Source of the DNA: Octopus bimaculoides
Taxonomy: Eukaryota
Direction of reading: 5' to 3'
Assembly (NCBI RefSeq): GCF_001194135.2
Contig: NC_068989.1
Location: forward strand, 93,919,734-93,965,357
DNA length: 45,624 nt
The notes beneath the pieces were generated by a model. It saw only the letters and a program-made list of their open reading frames with translations, was not told where the DNA came from and did not search any database. The translations under genes and the position numbers were made by a program. How positions within the stretch are numbered: position 1 is the first letter of the stretch; the number at the start of each line of letters is the position of its first letter. Positions 23,357-35,584 of this stretch are shown here, piece by piece.

Positions 23357-24369
23357 NNNNNNNNNNNNNNNNNNNNNNNNNNNNNNNNNNNNNNNNNNNN
23401 NNNNNNNNNNNNNNNNNNNNNNNNNNNNNNNNNNNNNNNNNNNNNNNNNNNNNNNNGTATATACACGTATATATGAATATTTACATAGATATCATATATC
23501 TCTATTATCGATAGGATATCATTTCTATATAACGTTTTCAGATAGAAACAATACATTTAAGTTAAAAATAACAATGGCGTATATTCTCCACAATTTCTGC
23601 AAAATAGATAAGTATAGTCATGTACATGATAAAGTTGCAACTAAATGAATTCACGTCGGGAATGAGTTGGTATAAGGAATAGTTTTATGCTCATTCCTAA
23701 CTATAGCAAAATATAAATTGAGATATGTATGGAAATTGACATCAAATGTATATTTTGCTATTTGAAGAATAAATGTGTCGTTCTAAAATCTACATGAATG
23801 AATGGAACTAGATCTGTTAAATGTCTTTTTTTAGTTTTTTTATGACATATGAATCATATCTTCCCTATTTTTTTTCTCTATTGCCCGATATGCAGATTCT
23901 ATCACTGAATAGAAGCAAAACAAAACACAATTCTCTGAATCGTGACTTGGAACCATTGTTCCTTAAATAGTTCGCAATTCCATTCTTAATGTTTTGTTCA
24001 GTTTATACATGCTGCCTGTATTTCTATTTTTCTTTATTTCTGTCTTAAATATATTTCTATGAATATTGCCATTAACAATTGCTGGTGCAGGGTAGTTGTT
24101 TGCCGAAGGCTAGTAATATATTCTTCATGTTAAGTTTCATGAAGTATAACTTAGTATTCACATGAAACTGAAGGAAAACAAAATAGCATTCATTTCGACT
24201 GAATGTGTTACAGGAAAACATCACTAGATCTGTGCTTCTATTGTTAATTTAATATGTGTGGTACAATACTTTAAACGTGCTTAAGACTGTGACTGTATGT
24301 TCAATTTCACTCCCGTGAATACAAAAATCATTAATGTTGTAACTACTAAAGAGGGAGATTAGAGGAATA

Positions 24370-24510
24370 AAACGACCCAGTACTTCACTGGTACTTTAAT
24401 TTTTATACTTCGAAAGGATGAAAGGCAAAGCTGGCCACGATGGTGCATAAATTTAACGTAAAACGGAGAAATAAATAACACTCGGAATTATGTTCGACGA
24501 TCAACGTTTC
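24370..24510 (-). mobile_element. Old SINE family B fragment
   Basis: CCCAGTACTTCACTGGTACTTT...CGAAAGGATGAAAGGCAAAG. Confidence 0.65.
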
Positions 24511-24541
24511 CGTCAACTTAATATCTGGTTATATACATTAA

Positions 24542-25400
24542 CTAGCAGAAATATCCAGCGTTGCCTGGATTAAAGAAAATAATGAAATTTGAAAATGCCT
24601 TTTAGATCTCTAACATGACACATGGATTATGCAGTTCTCAACAGTAATTAGCTGAGGTACAAACTATTAATGTCAATAACATATTGTGTCCAATGTTCTC
24701 ACTGTTAAAATTGTTAAAAAAAAAAAACAGGTAGTTCTTTGTCTTTGCAATCACCTTCAATTGTCAGTACTTATTTGAAACGCATTGAAGCCTGAAAATG
24801 CATAAACTCGAGAAGAACCAGCCTGCAGGCACTCCTCTCCTGTTAAAAAGTACATCAACTCCATGCAAAATACATTTAAATGAGCATTCATTATAACGGC
24901 ATTCCCACATGCATTCTTTTGAAGTTATTTCGATGTTACACTCGCTTGCCCTAAGCCTTATTGCACACAAATGGAGAAAACGTTCACTGCGTATATATCG
25001 ATCGCTGTACGCCAGCGTCTAACAGCTTTGGCTTTTTGATGCACAAAAAATATGAAATTATTTTTTTTCTGTGCTTCAGATTAAAATTTTCGAAAAACAA
25101 ATCCAGCCACATTACTTATAAAAAAAATAATCTTTATTGTGCTGGTTTTTCATAAAATTTCGCGCATGGGAAAGGCGACAAAATTGCCCCTCCGCACTTT
25201 ACTCCAGTTTATTTCGCATTGCTCCTTGTTCGTTTACGCTTTACTCCATTTTATTTCGCATTGCTCCTTGTTCGTTGACGCTTTACTCCACTTTATTTCG
25301 CATTGCTCCTTGTTTATTTCGCTTTACTCCACTTTACCAAACAGCTTGCGTTTCTGTTTATTATTTCTAAATATTAGAGAAGCTGCCATATCAGCTTTCT
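24542..25400 (-). mobile_element. Helitron 3' end and adjoining body (5' boundary not resolved)
   Basis: Minus strand ends ATCCAG-GCAACG-CTGGAT (hairpin), a 7-nt spacer, CTAG, then host T, which is the canonical Helitron 3' terminus. Weak remnants resembling NKAQGQ / FSHGQLYV / GCSRV lie at ~24800-24960. Confidence 0.65.
25197..25337. repeat. 42-bp minisatellite, ~3.4 copies
   Basis: Unit CTTTACTCCA(G/T/C)TTTATTTCGCATTGCTCCTTGTTCGTT(T/G)ACG starts at 25197, 25239, 25281 and 25322. Confidence 0.95.
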
Positions 25401-28334
25401 CTTAATCAACAACCTTTTCTTCTTAATCTGTTGAATTTTCCACCAAGGAACACGAATTTCCAGGTTTCTTCATTCAATAACTCATTTCCACCTGCACTCG
25501 TTACAAGGTAAGGCTTCCTTTTACTAAATCAAACAATGTATCTTTTAGCTCTACAGAATCGTCATTCTGTCTTCTATTTTGTGGGAAGAATGGGATTTAA
25601 AAAGAAGTATTGTGGTTGCTGGTTAATGATTACAAGTTCATGCTGTCAAAACACAAAAACATATTTCACAATATCTTCTCTCAACATTTACTACCACCTT
25701 ATCAGATACACAGATTGGTGAAATGTTCAAGTGATTCCCATCTTTCTTTCCAAGGACACTTTTTATATCTTTAAATACAGCGCTTAAAATCTACCTTCTC
25801 CCCACTCTCTACAAGTAAACAAGTAACGTCACCATGGTTCACGACCTGCATGACTTAGCAGCCAAATCTGCCGCAACACTTAGTGACTCAAAACAATTAC
25901 ATTAATCAATTCACTCTGTAGTCCTATTTCTGAAAAAAAATGAAATTCATTTAATTACATATTCCTCGCTCATGGCCTACTTGAAACTAAATCATATCGA
26001 CAAGAATGGTGTGAGCACCAACATCACGAACTACAAATCAACAACAATGCTCTAGTTTCATCTAGTGATACATAATTTTCATGTTAAAATCTATCTTTCT
26101 GTGGTTCTTTTAACGGACATTCTGTAATCTCTATTGTAGCACCTCCATTATGTAATCTATTGTTCGCTGATGTTTTCTATATTCTAACTTTACTAACGTG
26201 ATTAAGTTGTCACTAAAAAGCTAACGAAGAAGTCGCCGTTCGTTCCACCAGTTAGAAATTACAAATCTCTATCACTTTCTTTAGCAATGTCTTCGAAAAC
26301 GAAAGAAGTAGATACTTTATGTATTTAAATGTGCATTATATATTGAAAGTTGATTCCTCTGTCCCTGGGCATAAACAAAAGCCATAATAAATAGCACCTA
26401 CGTCTTTGTATAATATGACACGTGTAACGTTCTCATGCATTGGGTATACGTTAACATCATTGAAGTAACAGCATGCTATAACTTTTGTCGCTGAGCAAAG
26501 ACGATTTAGAGAATGTCATGAAACAGTTACATAACAACAGCGTCCCTTTGAATACTGCCGACTCGAAATTACTGTTAGAATTCAGAAATTAGTATCAGAA
26601 TGACTGAAAATGCTTCTACTCAGTGTAATGAATGATTTTGTACTGAGGTAAATCAAGAAATGATTAATATTTACTACTGACATATGGACGTGGTGGGTGG
26701 TATGACTGGAGATATCTTTATACTAATATCTGAAAGGTTTTTGTTCCTAATTGAATTGCATAGAAAACCCTTTGTCACGGCAGCCATCATAAATGAAGGG
26801 GCCCCAGGTTTTCCCTTTCAGAATCGTGTTACAAAATATCATTTAATATCGAACTGCAATTTATTAACATTTTGGCATTTGTACCCCAAATCGTAATTTA
26901 ACGAATTGTTAAATCTATTACCAGCATGAAATAAGAACTTGGAGCGATCTGTTTGTGTAAAACCACTGACAAAGTTTTCCTAGGATTGCATCAGAGCAAT
27001 GACAGAAAAACTAAAATGATAATCCATAACCAAGTACTATAAGACACATCTGCTTACCAGTGGCTTACTGGCATTTTGTTAATTTTATTGGCATTATTTC
27101 CATATGTAACATGCTCAGATTGTTACATGAGGTGCCACCAATGTACTAGTTGTTCACTTTCAGTCAGTGAACTAAGGTGACATTCTCTTTCCAATTTTCA
27201 AGAACTTAGAGGAACCTCTTTAGACAGCCAAACATGATGGCTTTTTTATGAATATGTTCAGGTTTCATTCCTATCATCTCTAAGCACACAGAACGTGAAA
27301 ATCCAGGACAATTACCAGACAACACTTGCCTGCTGCCTGCAATAAAAACAAAGCAAAACAAGACAAACTGAAATAACGAGGGAATGGTTTATCAACTGCT
27401 AGGAATAACAATCAAAACTTCCTCAAAACTCAACATTTTGCAACTCGCAATGACAAGTTAGACATAGCGTATCAAAGAATTAAGGGAGAATTGGCCAATG
27501 GATTGCAGTCGAATATACGTCGATACGATTCAAATTAATAACATCCACAACTAACGTTATCAAAGATTAAAATACTATTTGATGTAAGTTCTAACTATAT
27601 TGAAACAAAATTCCTTCCTGTGATAATGCGTTAATATAAGGTTTGTAATAGAATATTATTATAACTAGATATTTTCATAAATATTTGATATCATTATTTA
27701 TATTCCGACGCGTGAAAATGCTTTATGTGACTTATTAATGTGAAAGCATCTTGTATCTTAATGGAATATTTGTTCACAGGAAAATATTACTAATAAAGGT
27801 ATTCATTATATCTATTTCTCATTATATAGTTTTTCTGTTATACTTTTTTCTCTTGCACATCGACTATATTTAATCAGGACTCTTAATAGAAGTTTGCTCT
27901 CTGCATATATCTTCAGTAGATACTTCAACAAAATAGTATTAACAGCACTAGTCAGTCTATGTATATATAAAAAAAACAATCTGTCTATTTCGTTCTATCA
28001 CGTTCAACAGCAATTGTGTTGCTAAAACTCACTCTTAAGCCTCCGTATATATTTGAAAAAAAAACAAAACAAAACCCCGTTATGTTTTTAGAGATATATA
28101 TGGATTTTTGCAAATACTTCACTTCGATTCTACATATATGTATCAGAAGAGATTTATAGATTTGTTAGATTCACTGGGGTTTGATCCGTTTGGAATTCTG
28201 CTTTCGAGAATTAGATAAAGAGAAATGTATCAAAAAACGTAATAGTTATTTTGTTAAGATAACTTACAGCTGCTCTTGATAAACATTCACCTGCATTACT
28301 CAGTTTCTCAGAATTGTAGTTATTCTGCTTTCAT

Positions 28335-28466
28335 ATCATCATCATCATCATCATCATCATCGCGGCTGTCTCCAACATTATAATCATCACCGTCGTCGTT
28401 ATCGTAGTCCTCGCAGTCATGATGATGATGATGATCATCATCATCATCATCACCATTACCACCATC
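28335..28466. repeat. Degenerate (ATC)n/(ATG)n trinucleotide tract
   Basis: Direct reading; includes a (GAT)5(CAT)5 self-complementary junction. Confidence 0.9.
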
Positions 28467-30621
28467 AAGATCAGCGGAAGTATCGCTTTACTCTTTCAGT
28501 ATTTCTTTACATTTAATGTGAGGTAAGTTATCAGATATCGTATACACATCGAACAAACATACATTATGCTATTTATTCCGGCTCTCTATCTTGTGACTGA
28601 AAATACTCCCGAGGTCAGCTTAGGCTTATACACTTCGGGGCGAAGTTCTACAAACTAAACTATTATTCAAATAGTAGAATGGACTATAATCAGCTGGTTT
28701 TACTTCTCCATAAATTTATGAACCCTCGACTACGTTACAAATATTCCTTTAAAATTAATGCCAAAACATGGCGGAGTAGCTTGTGGGTGTTTTGTTCATA
28801 TACCTTTATAATATCATGGGCCATAAATGGTTAATACGAGACATAAAATATATTTGTTAGATGTGAGTCTTCGCTGTTGGTGATTACAAATCTGTCATGC
28901 ATTTTATTAATTGTTTTCTCATTGTAATTATGTAACACGAAATGAAATAAATCTTGCTGTATTTACACTTCAATTGTCTTATGTTCCGTACATAACGTCA
29001 CGGGCAATCATTATAGTTAAGATAAAAAGGAGGTTAGAATAACTTCTACAAGATAATGCTAAAGCTATATTAATCTGTAAATGTATTTTTGTTTTCTTTC
29101 TCCTTTGTGTGAATAATAATAATTCCAGAATTTTATTTCTTTTTCCCATTGTTATTGCATTATAATACAAACTTTTAGTTTTGAAATTAAAAATTTGCAA
29201 TCAATAATTTCGCTGATAATATTTCTAACCTTATGGACCCTGTTTTAAAGGAGGTGATAAAACATGTCCTGTAGTAATGTATTTTATATCAATGAAATAT
29301 TCAGCTTTTGACATTATCAAATATTGCATGATTTACTTTATTTCACTCATATAGTTTGATTAATTCATTTCACTGCCACCCGTTGGCTGTTATATTTCAT
29401 TAATAAATTCCTACATAATTAACTATAAATCTGCATTGTGTCTTCTCACATTATTACAAAGGCTTCCGCTCACAAGAGCTCAGTGACCCTTGTACACTCC
29501 CACTTAAGCTATTACATTTCGTCATTTAATATGTCTCTTATCGTTCTAGACTTCTCTTGAATGTTCTGAATAATATTTCATGATTTACACGATTACTACA
29601 GCCCATCACGCAATTGTTTGGCTCTTCGATGATTAGTAGAAGTAAAATGAAATAAAAATGGAAATAAATGAATGTAGTCTGTTTTTTAATTGATGTAAAT
29701 CTAAAACTAAAATATAATGAATTTTTACATTTGACCCGGATGTCTATAAAACAATTTCATTAGAACAACTTAAACTGTTAAAGCTAGATATAAACTTCTA
29801 AAATATTATACACAAGAAATTCTCTTTGAAGTCTGCAGATTAAGGGTTATACATTTTTTAAATATCTATATATTGCTAAAAAGAAGGATTGTCAGGACTC
29901 CACTATCTCTAGTGTCCATAGAGATGCTCAGTCAAAGAGGATTTATTGACAGGTATCATCGTAAATGCTAGCTTCATTTCTCATTTCTCCAACAGCCAAC
30001 ACTCTTCAGCGATGAATTCCCAAATGTAAATTAAATTTCACATCTGTTTGGGAGATCTTAAGGCGGTTATAGGCATTGCGTGACGCCCATGACGATTTTA
30101 ATAATACAATCGCAGAGGTATTAACCGAGGTGTCTTTATAATTTCGAAATTTTCTTTGTTTTGTTGCTTATGCTACAAGGGGAGACTCGTATAACAATCT
30201 ATAGATGAAATATAGTATATAATGTAACTACGTAGATGCCTAAAGCAATGTAATATATGAAATCTTTAACGTCAATGCAAACAAAAAATGAAATATTTCC
30301 ATATGGCTGATGAAATGATAAATTAAATATGGAAACATGTAAAATCAAAGCAGAATTATGTTCTAATCTAGTGTCATAAGGACACACTTTGATAATTCTG
30401 ATTATTTTGTCTTTGTTATTATTCGGTCCCAATTCAACTATTATAATCAGAATTATATTTAAAGTTTTTCCAACTATGGCCGTCCCGTTTTTTGGAAGAT
30501 AAGGTACCAAAGGATATAATTTCAGTGAATTTGTCAAAAGTTAAAAAGATAGGACACATTTTGACTTAATAATATTTCTTGCGGGTCGAGGGCAGAAAGA
30601 TGGCTGAATCGTTAGGTTCGA

Positions 30622-30835
30622 GGGCGGAGAGCTGACTGAATCGTTGGCACGCCAAATGCTTAGCGGCATTTCGTCCGATTTTACATTCTGAGTTCAAATT
30701 CCGCCGAGATCGAACATGTCTTTCATCATCTCGGGGTCGATATAAAAAGTTAAACACTGAACACATTGGTCAATGTAATCAAATAATACCTTTCTCCGAG
30801 CTTGCTGTCCTTGTGCCAAAATTGGAAAGCAATAT
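30622..30835 (+). mobile_element. SINE family B, near full length, preceded by a 32-bp duplicate of its head region
   Basis: GGCGGAGAGCTGACTGAATCGTTGGCACGCC...TTCTGAGTTCAAATTCCGCCGAG...CCTTGTGCCAAAATTGGAAA. Confidence 0.88.
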
Positions 30836-31725
30836 TTCTAGCAGATTGTTCGAATCAGTAGAAAGACGCTAAAATGTATTCTACTATATTTACGATCCTA
30901 CACTAGCTGAGCTCAAACCTGACAAGAGGTAACTTTGCTTGTCCTCCAGTTGTAATCGATAAAATGTAGAGGATTTCAAGTCCTATGCTATCTTCCAGTC
31001 CTATACCTATATTCAAAATCAATATTTCTAGTGGGTCGAGTGACCATATAATGGCACCTTCCATGTCTTCTTTATATTTATTTTTTCGATTGCGTTTATG
31101 TCTGGCAGTGAGAATTATTTAAAAAATTTATCGACTGGTAAGCAGTGTTCTTTGCCAGGATATAGTAGTCTTTAGGATATATTGACTCAAGCAAGTTTAG
31201 ATTTTGTACATATGTCAAAACCCTATCTGATCAATATCATCAAATATTTAACTCTACTATTATGTCTCTCTAGATATGTATCTAACACTTTTAATATACT
31301 TCACTATCTTTACAATTATCAAAGTAAGAGTGCAATAATTGCTTGTATTTTCTACACTGCAAGAATCCATAAATAAATATATTAAACTCTTAATAGATTT
31401 ATTCCTACTTATTATTATTATCATTATCATTATTATTATTATTATGATTTTTATTAGTAGTATTGTTGATGTTATTATTATTATTTAGTTCTTGCAAAAT
31501 ACAATGCGAACAAAAACTCACAAAGAGCAGAGAATCGAAAACCCGGCTGGGTTTAAATATCAAACGAAACCTACACTTACAAACTCACACACACACAACC
31601 ATATATATCTTAACGTTCAAAGGATATATACACACATATAAGCAAATATATATTTATAATATACACGTAAATGTATATATGTTTATATTTACATACATAT
31701 GTATCTATTTCTCTACATATATACA

Positions 31726-31759
<34 letters not shown>

Positions 31760-31788
31760 TGTGTGCGAATATATGTATNNNNNNNNNN

Positions 31789-31831
<43 letters not shown>

Positions 31832-32565
31832 ATATTATTGGAGTTCAAAGGAAAATAATAACTAAATCAAAATGCTACATTACTGGACATAACAGCTTTT
31901 AGGTACGATTTAGTGGCATTGATTTGCCAAACCTACAATGGAATCATTCATTTCGAATGCAATTAGGTTTCGTAAGAAGCCAATTCTACTGTAATTTTCG
32001 GTGGACGGTGTCTAAATATTTGGAAACTTCACATTAATAATCGATTAGTAATAAATGCGGATTCAAAGAAAATGGTTTTGCTGCTATAACAAATCATGAG
32101 CCAGACATACTTTCAATATTAATAAACTAATCGTTGAGATCGACAAACATAAAGCAAGACTATTTGTCATTGTGCGTTCATATTATTTTCACGATTCTTA
32201 AAAACGAACGCTATAAACTACTACAGCTTCTATAGAATGTAATCTTGAATATGTTTATTTCTTAATACTGGCTGAGGATTACTCAGGCCACACAGATCCC
32301 TCATTAACATAATGTGTACAGAGCGGTTTTGTGGCGCTCTCAATATTTTATAAATATCTAGAATTATATTTGGTAGGTGTATGTGTAGTAAGTTTGTTTG
32401 TCTGTGCCTGGGTGCGTGCACACACACACACATATATATATATATATACATACATATATAAATAGACATACAGATATAAATACATACATACGTATACACA
32501 CATAGATAACACAAATAGAAAATATAGCAATAATTACATAAAATGAATTTATGTAACAATATACG

Positions 32566-32596
<31 letters not shown>

Positions 32597-32622
32597 TCAG
32601 AAGAGTGGTACATATATATATA

Positions 32623-32891
32623 TATTGTTGTATTTCGGGATGGTTATTGTTTTTTACCAAATAAACACACGGACTGTATATTTGTTCTTCACTCTTTTAT
32701 TACTTTTCTTATTCTAACTCATTGTCCAGAAATCTTTCGTCGCACGTCCGTGATCTCTTCAGTGACATTTCCGTCTTCGTGTGTACTCTTGCTCCACTTA
32801 AGAACAGTAATAAACGAGTGAAGACCAAATATATAGTGCGTGTGTTTATTTGGTAAAAAAAAAAAGTTGACCATCTCGAAATACAACAATA
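32623..32891. repeat. ~270-bp element with ~89-bp inverted arms enclosing an HHR
   Basis: Arms 32623-32711 and 32799-32891 (TTGTTGTATTTCG(G/A)GATGGT...TTTACCAAATAAACACACG...TCTTCACTC(T/G)TTTATTACT). Confidence 0.92.
32723..32767 (-). ncRNA. Type I hammerhead ribozyme motif, core intact, stems imperfect
   Basis: Minus strand reads UGUCA-CUGAAGA-GAUCACGGACGUGCGAC-GAA-AGAUUU-C/UGGACA. Stem I is UGUCA/UG(G)ACA; stem III is the near-palindrome AGAU(C>U)U. Confidence 0.7.
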
Positions 32892-33569
32892 TCTGTTTTA
32901 CATCAGGAATCTTGCAACACATAATCATAAATAAACACATATACACACCTTCATGCAATTATTTTATTTATACATACCGAGATATGCCTGACTGTTCAGG
33001 TGTTACAACACACCTGACTACTATCAGATCAAGGAACCATACTTTTGTACCGTAGTTTTTCCTTCAATCATATAAGTCTACGTGCCTGTTGTGTATATGT
33101 TTTATATACCAAATGATGGTGTTGTTTTCTACCAAATACTCGAAGAATTTCTTTTGGCAAAAGCATTTCCAAATAATTAACACTAATTAACTAATTAACA
33201 ACTAATTCCAACTAATTAACACCTCTCGTAGTTGTACATACTTCAGAAACAAGTCATCTTAGAGACTTTCCCCGGCCGTTTTGTAAATATTTCTAACCAG
33301 CGTCACCAATACGTCTTATTACTGTTTGTATTGCTAAAAGAGAAGATATTCTTTGCTGTTTAGGTCTGATATTAGAGAAACATACACGTTCATTTAGACA
33401 TTTGTTTTAAGTTAATATCGTTTCTACTAGGCATTATATCCAGCCTTCAAAATTTTGTTTTGTTGAGTATATTTTAGAATCAAATTTAGTTTGCTGTATT
33501 TTGCTTCTGGTTTCCCGTGGCTTATGTAATCTGAATGCGTCGAAATTTTCTTTTTCGTTCCCAACAAGC

Positions 33570-33940
33570 CTGAGGTTAAGAAGTTAGTTTTGTAACTACG
33601 TGGTTTCCAGTTTGGTCTCTGCGCTGCCAACTCTGTCTTCTACCACGGATCCTGGCCGATCAATGATTTGTGAGTGATGTTGGTAGACAGAAACTATGTG
33701 GAATTCCGTCATATATATATATATATTTGTATATATTTATGTGTATCTTTGTGTTTGTGTTTTTCTTCCATCGCTTGAAAGCCGGTCTTCATTTGTTTTC
33801 GTTCTAGTAACTTAGCATTTCATCAAAACACAAGAATATAAATTACAGATTCAAAACAAAAATGTCAATTTGTTTCACTAAACTGTTGAAGGCATTGTAT
33901 GACCTCAATCCAATGACTGAAACAGGTAAAACATAAAATA
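33570..33940 (+). mobile_element. Old, degenerate SINE family A copy
   Basis: GGTTAAGAAGTTAG...TTGTGAGTGATGTTGGTAGACAGAAACT, an internal (TA)n, and tail AATGACTGAAACAGGTAAAA. Confidence 0.7.
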
Positions 33941-34234
33941 TGTAATAACTGAAAACTGATTATCTCTCTTAATCGGTCTTTGATCGCCATATTGCGAATG
34001 TACCTGTACAGAAATCTTTCGTCCAGAAACCATTCTGTTGGCCAACTTCAGTTCCTTCTGTAAGATAGATTGAACACAGGAGAATCAGTACAATTGCCAA
34101 GGTCTGAACAACCACGTCCCACCCTGCAGAAAATATCCTCTTGACAATTGCCATGAGCAATTTTCCACATCACGGGAAGAAACAATGCGGATCTCCAAAA
34201 CATTATTAATAAAGTATATCTTTTTCAAATTCTG

Positions 34235-34421
34235 CTAGAAGGCCAGCAGGGTTCGTGGCTAAGTCGATTACGTCGGCTCCAGTACAGAACTGGTACTTAT
34301 TTTATCCTCCCGTAATTATGAAAGGCAAAGTCGACCCTAGCGGAATTTTAGCTGAGAACGTAAATACTGAAATGCTAGTAAGCATTTTGCCCGCTGTGCT
34401 AAATGTTCTGCCAGCTCACCA
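34235..34421 (-). mobile_element. SINE family B
   Basis: AAGTCGATTACGTCGGCTCCAGTAC...ATGAAAGGCAAAGTCGACC...GTGCTAAATGTTCTGCCAGCTCACC. Confidence 0.88.
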
Positions 34422-35584
34422 CTTCGTTTATAATAAAAACGTTTCAGATATGCATAAATACAATAGTTATTAATTATATAATGGGTGCCTACATAATTAA
34501 TTCTAATTTTGTATTCAGGATAACTTCAGATTCAGCAAAGAGCGTTTTAAACATTGATTAGTGTTACGATAATTAAAATTCTCCATTTAAAAATCTTTAG
34601 GTCTATGAATATTCATTTCGAGCTCTAATTGTGAAAACGCTCAAATACATACCATCTGCAGGAAGCTGTCCTACAATGGAGGTCGGGAAAGTGGCTACGG
34701 CAAATAGATTTTATTTTGTCCAAGATGACCTTGTAAAATATTCCAGTAAGCTAAAATCATGAATATATGATTGGTGACCCTACATGGTTATTATATATAT
34801 ATACGCGCGCGCGAGTGTGTTTTTGTTTCTTTGTGTGTGTTTCCGTATAATAATCGTGTCTCTATCTGAGAGAGGTATTAGCTACATAAAACTCTGCAAG
34901 TGTGCGATTATTTGATACTAGACCACCACTGACACGTTGGATAACTGATGGTTCAGGTTATAAAACATTGAAGCTGGTTTCAACATTGAAATGAAAGTTA
35001 ATTTTATGATGATTCAGTTAAGCACAAACAAAACTGGCATAACTACAGATGGATACCCTCCCCTACCGACTTTGTTACCTCTTAACTTTCAGAAAAAAAG
35101 GATACGTTTCGACGAAAGTTTCAATAAGTACCGCTAAGATGCTGTGGCTTCAGAATATGTAGGGATTTATGGGAAAGAATCTTTTCGAGGGGCTACGAAG
35201 AGTTTCGGAAAATTCACATGATCCGATATTTTTCCCTCGAAATTTTCTGTAAAATGGATATCTTTTAATGAAATTTTATACAAATACCTTTCAAACGACA
35301 TAGATTACGATTATAAAGAAATTTGTGGTGAAAATTCTTCGAGAGTGTAGGGAGGGAATCTTTGAAAAACGAAGTTTCGGATCAGGAAGACCACATAAGT
35401 TGGAACTACTCCGTTTTGACAGGGATTTCAGCCTTTTCCTTAAATCAAAGCCTTCGAAATGATGTGGGCAGGGAACATCTTTTTATCAGAAAAAGTTTTG
35501 AAAATTTCTTTGTTCAAACCATCGGACTCCGGACCGACTTTGGCCATTTTTTGCAATTCAAAACTATGGGACAAGCCTATTCTG

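Noticed and set aside
22744-23648. Long ORFs of 85-270 aa (and similar IYIY/CVCV/THTH ORFs throughout, plus X-filled ORFs across gaps)
   Set aside because: They are translations of TA/TG microsatellites or N runs, not proteins.
25197-25337. 42-bp repeats as a possible CRISPR-like array
   Set aside because: Head-to-tail tandem units with no unique spacers, in a eukaryotic context inside a probable Helitron.
26684-26896. 70-aa ORF MDVVGGMTGD...
   Set aside because: No motif, no splice context; compatible with chance.
28330-28528. His/Asp- or Ile-rich open frames ending at a perfect GAG/GTAAGT donor (28523)
   Set aside because: Openness is explained by the trinucleotide repeat, and the nearest acceptor gives only a 23-nt exon. 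Unsupported without RNA data.
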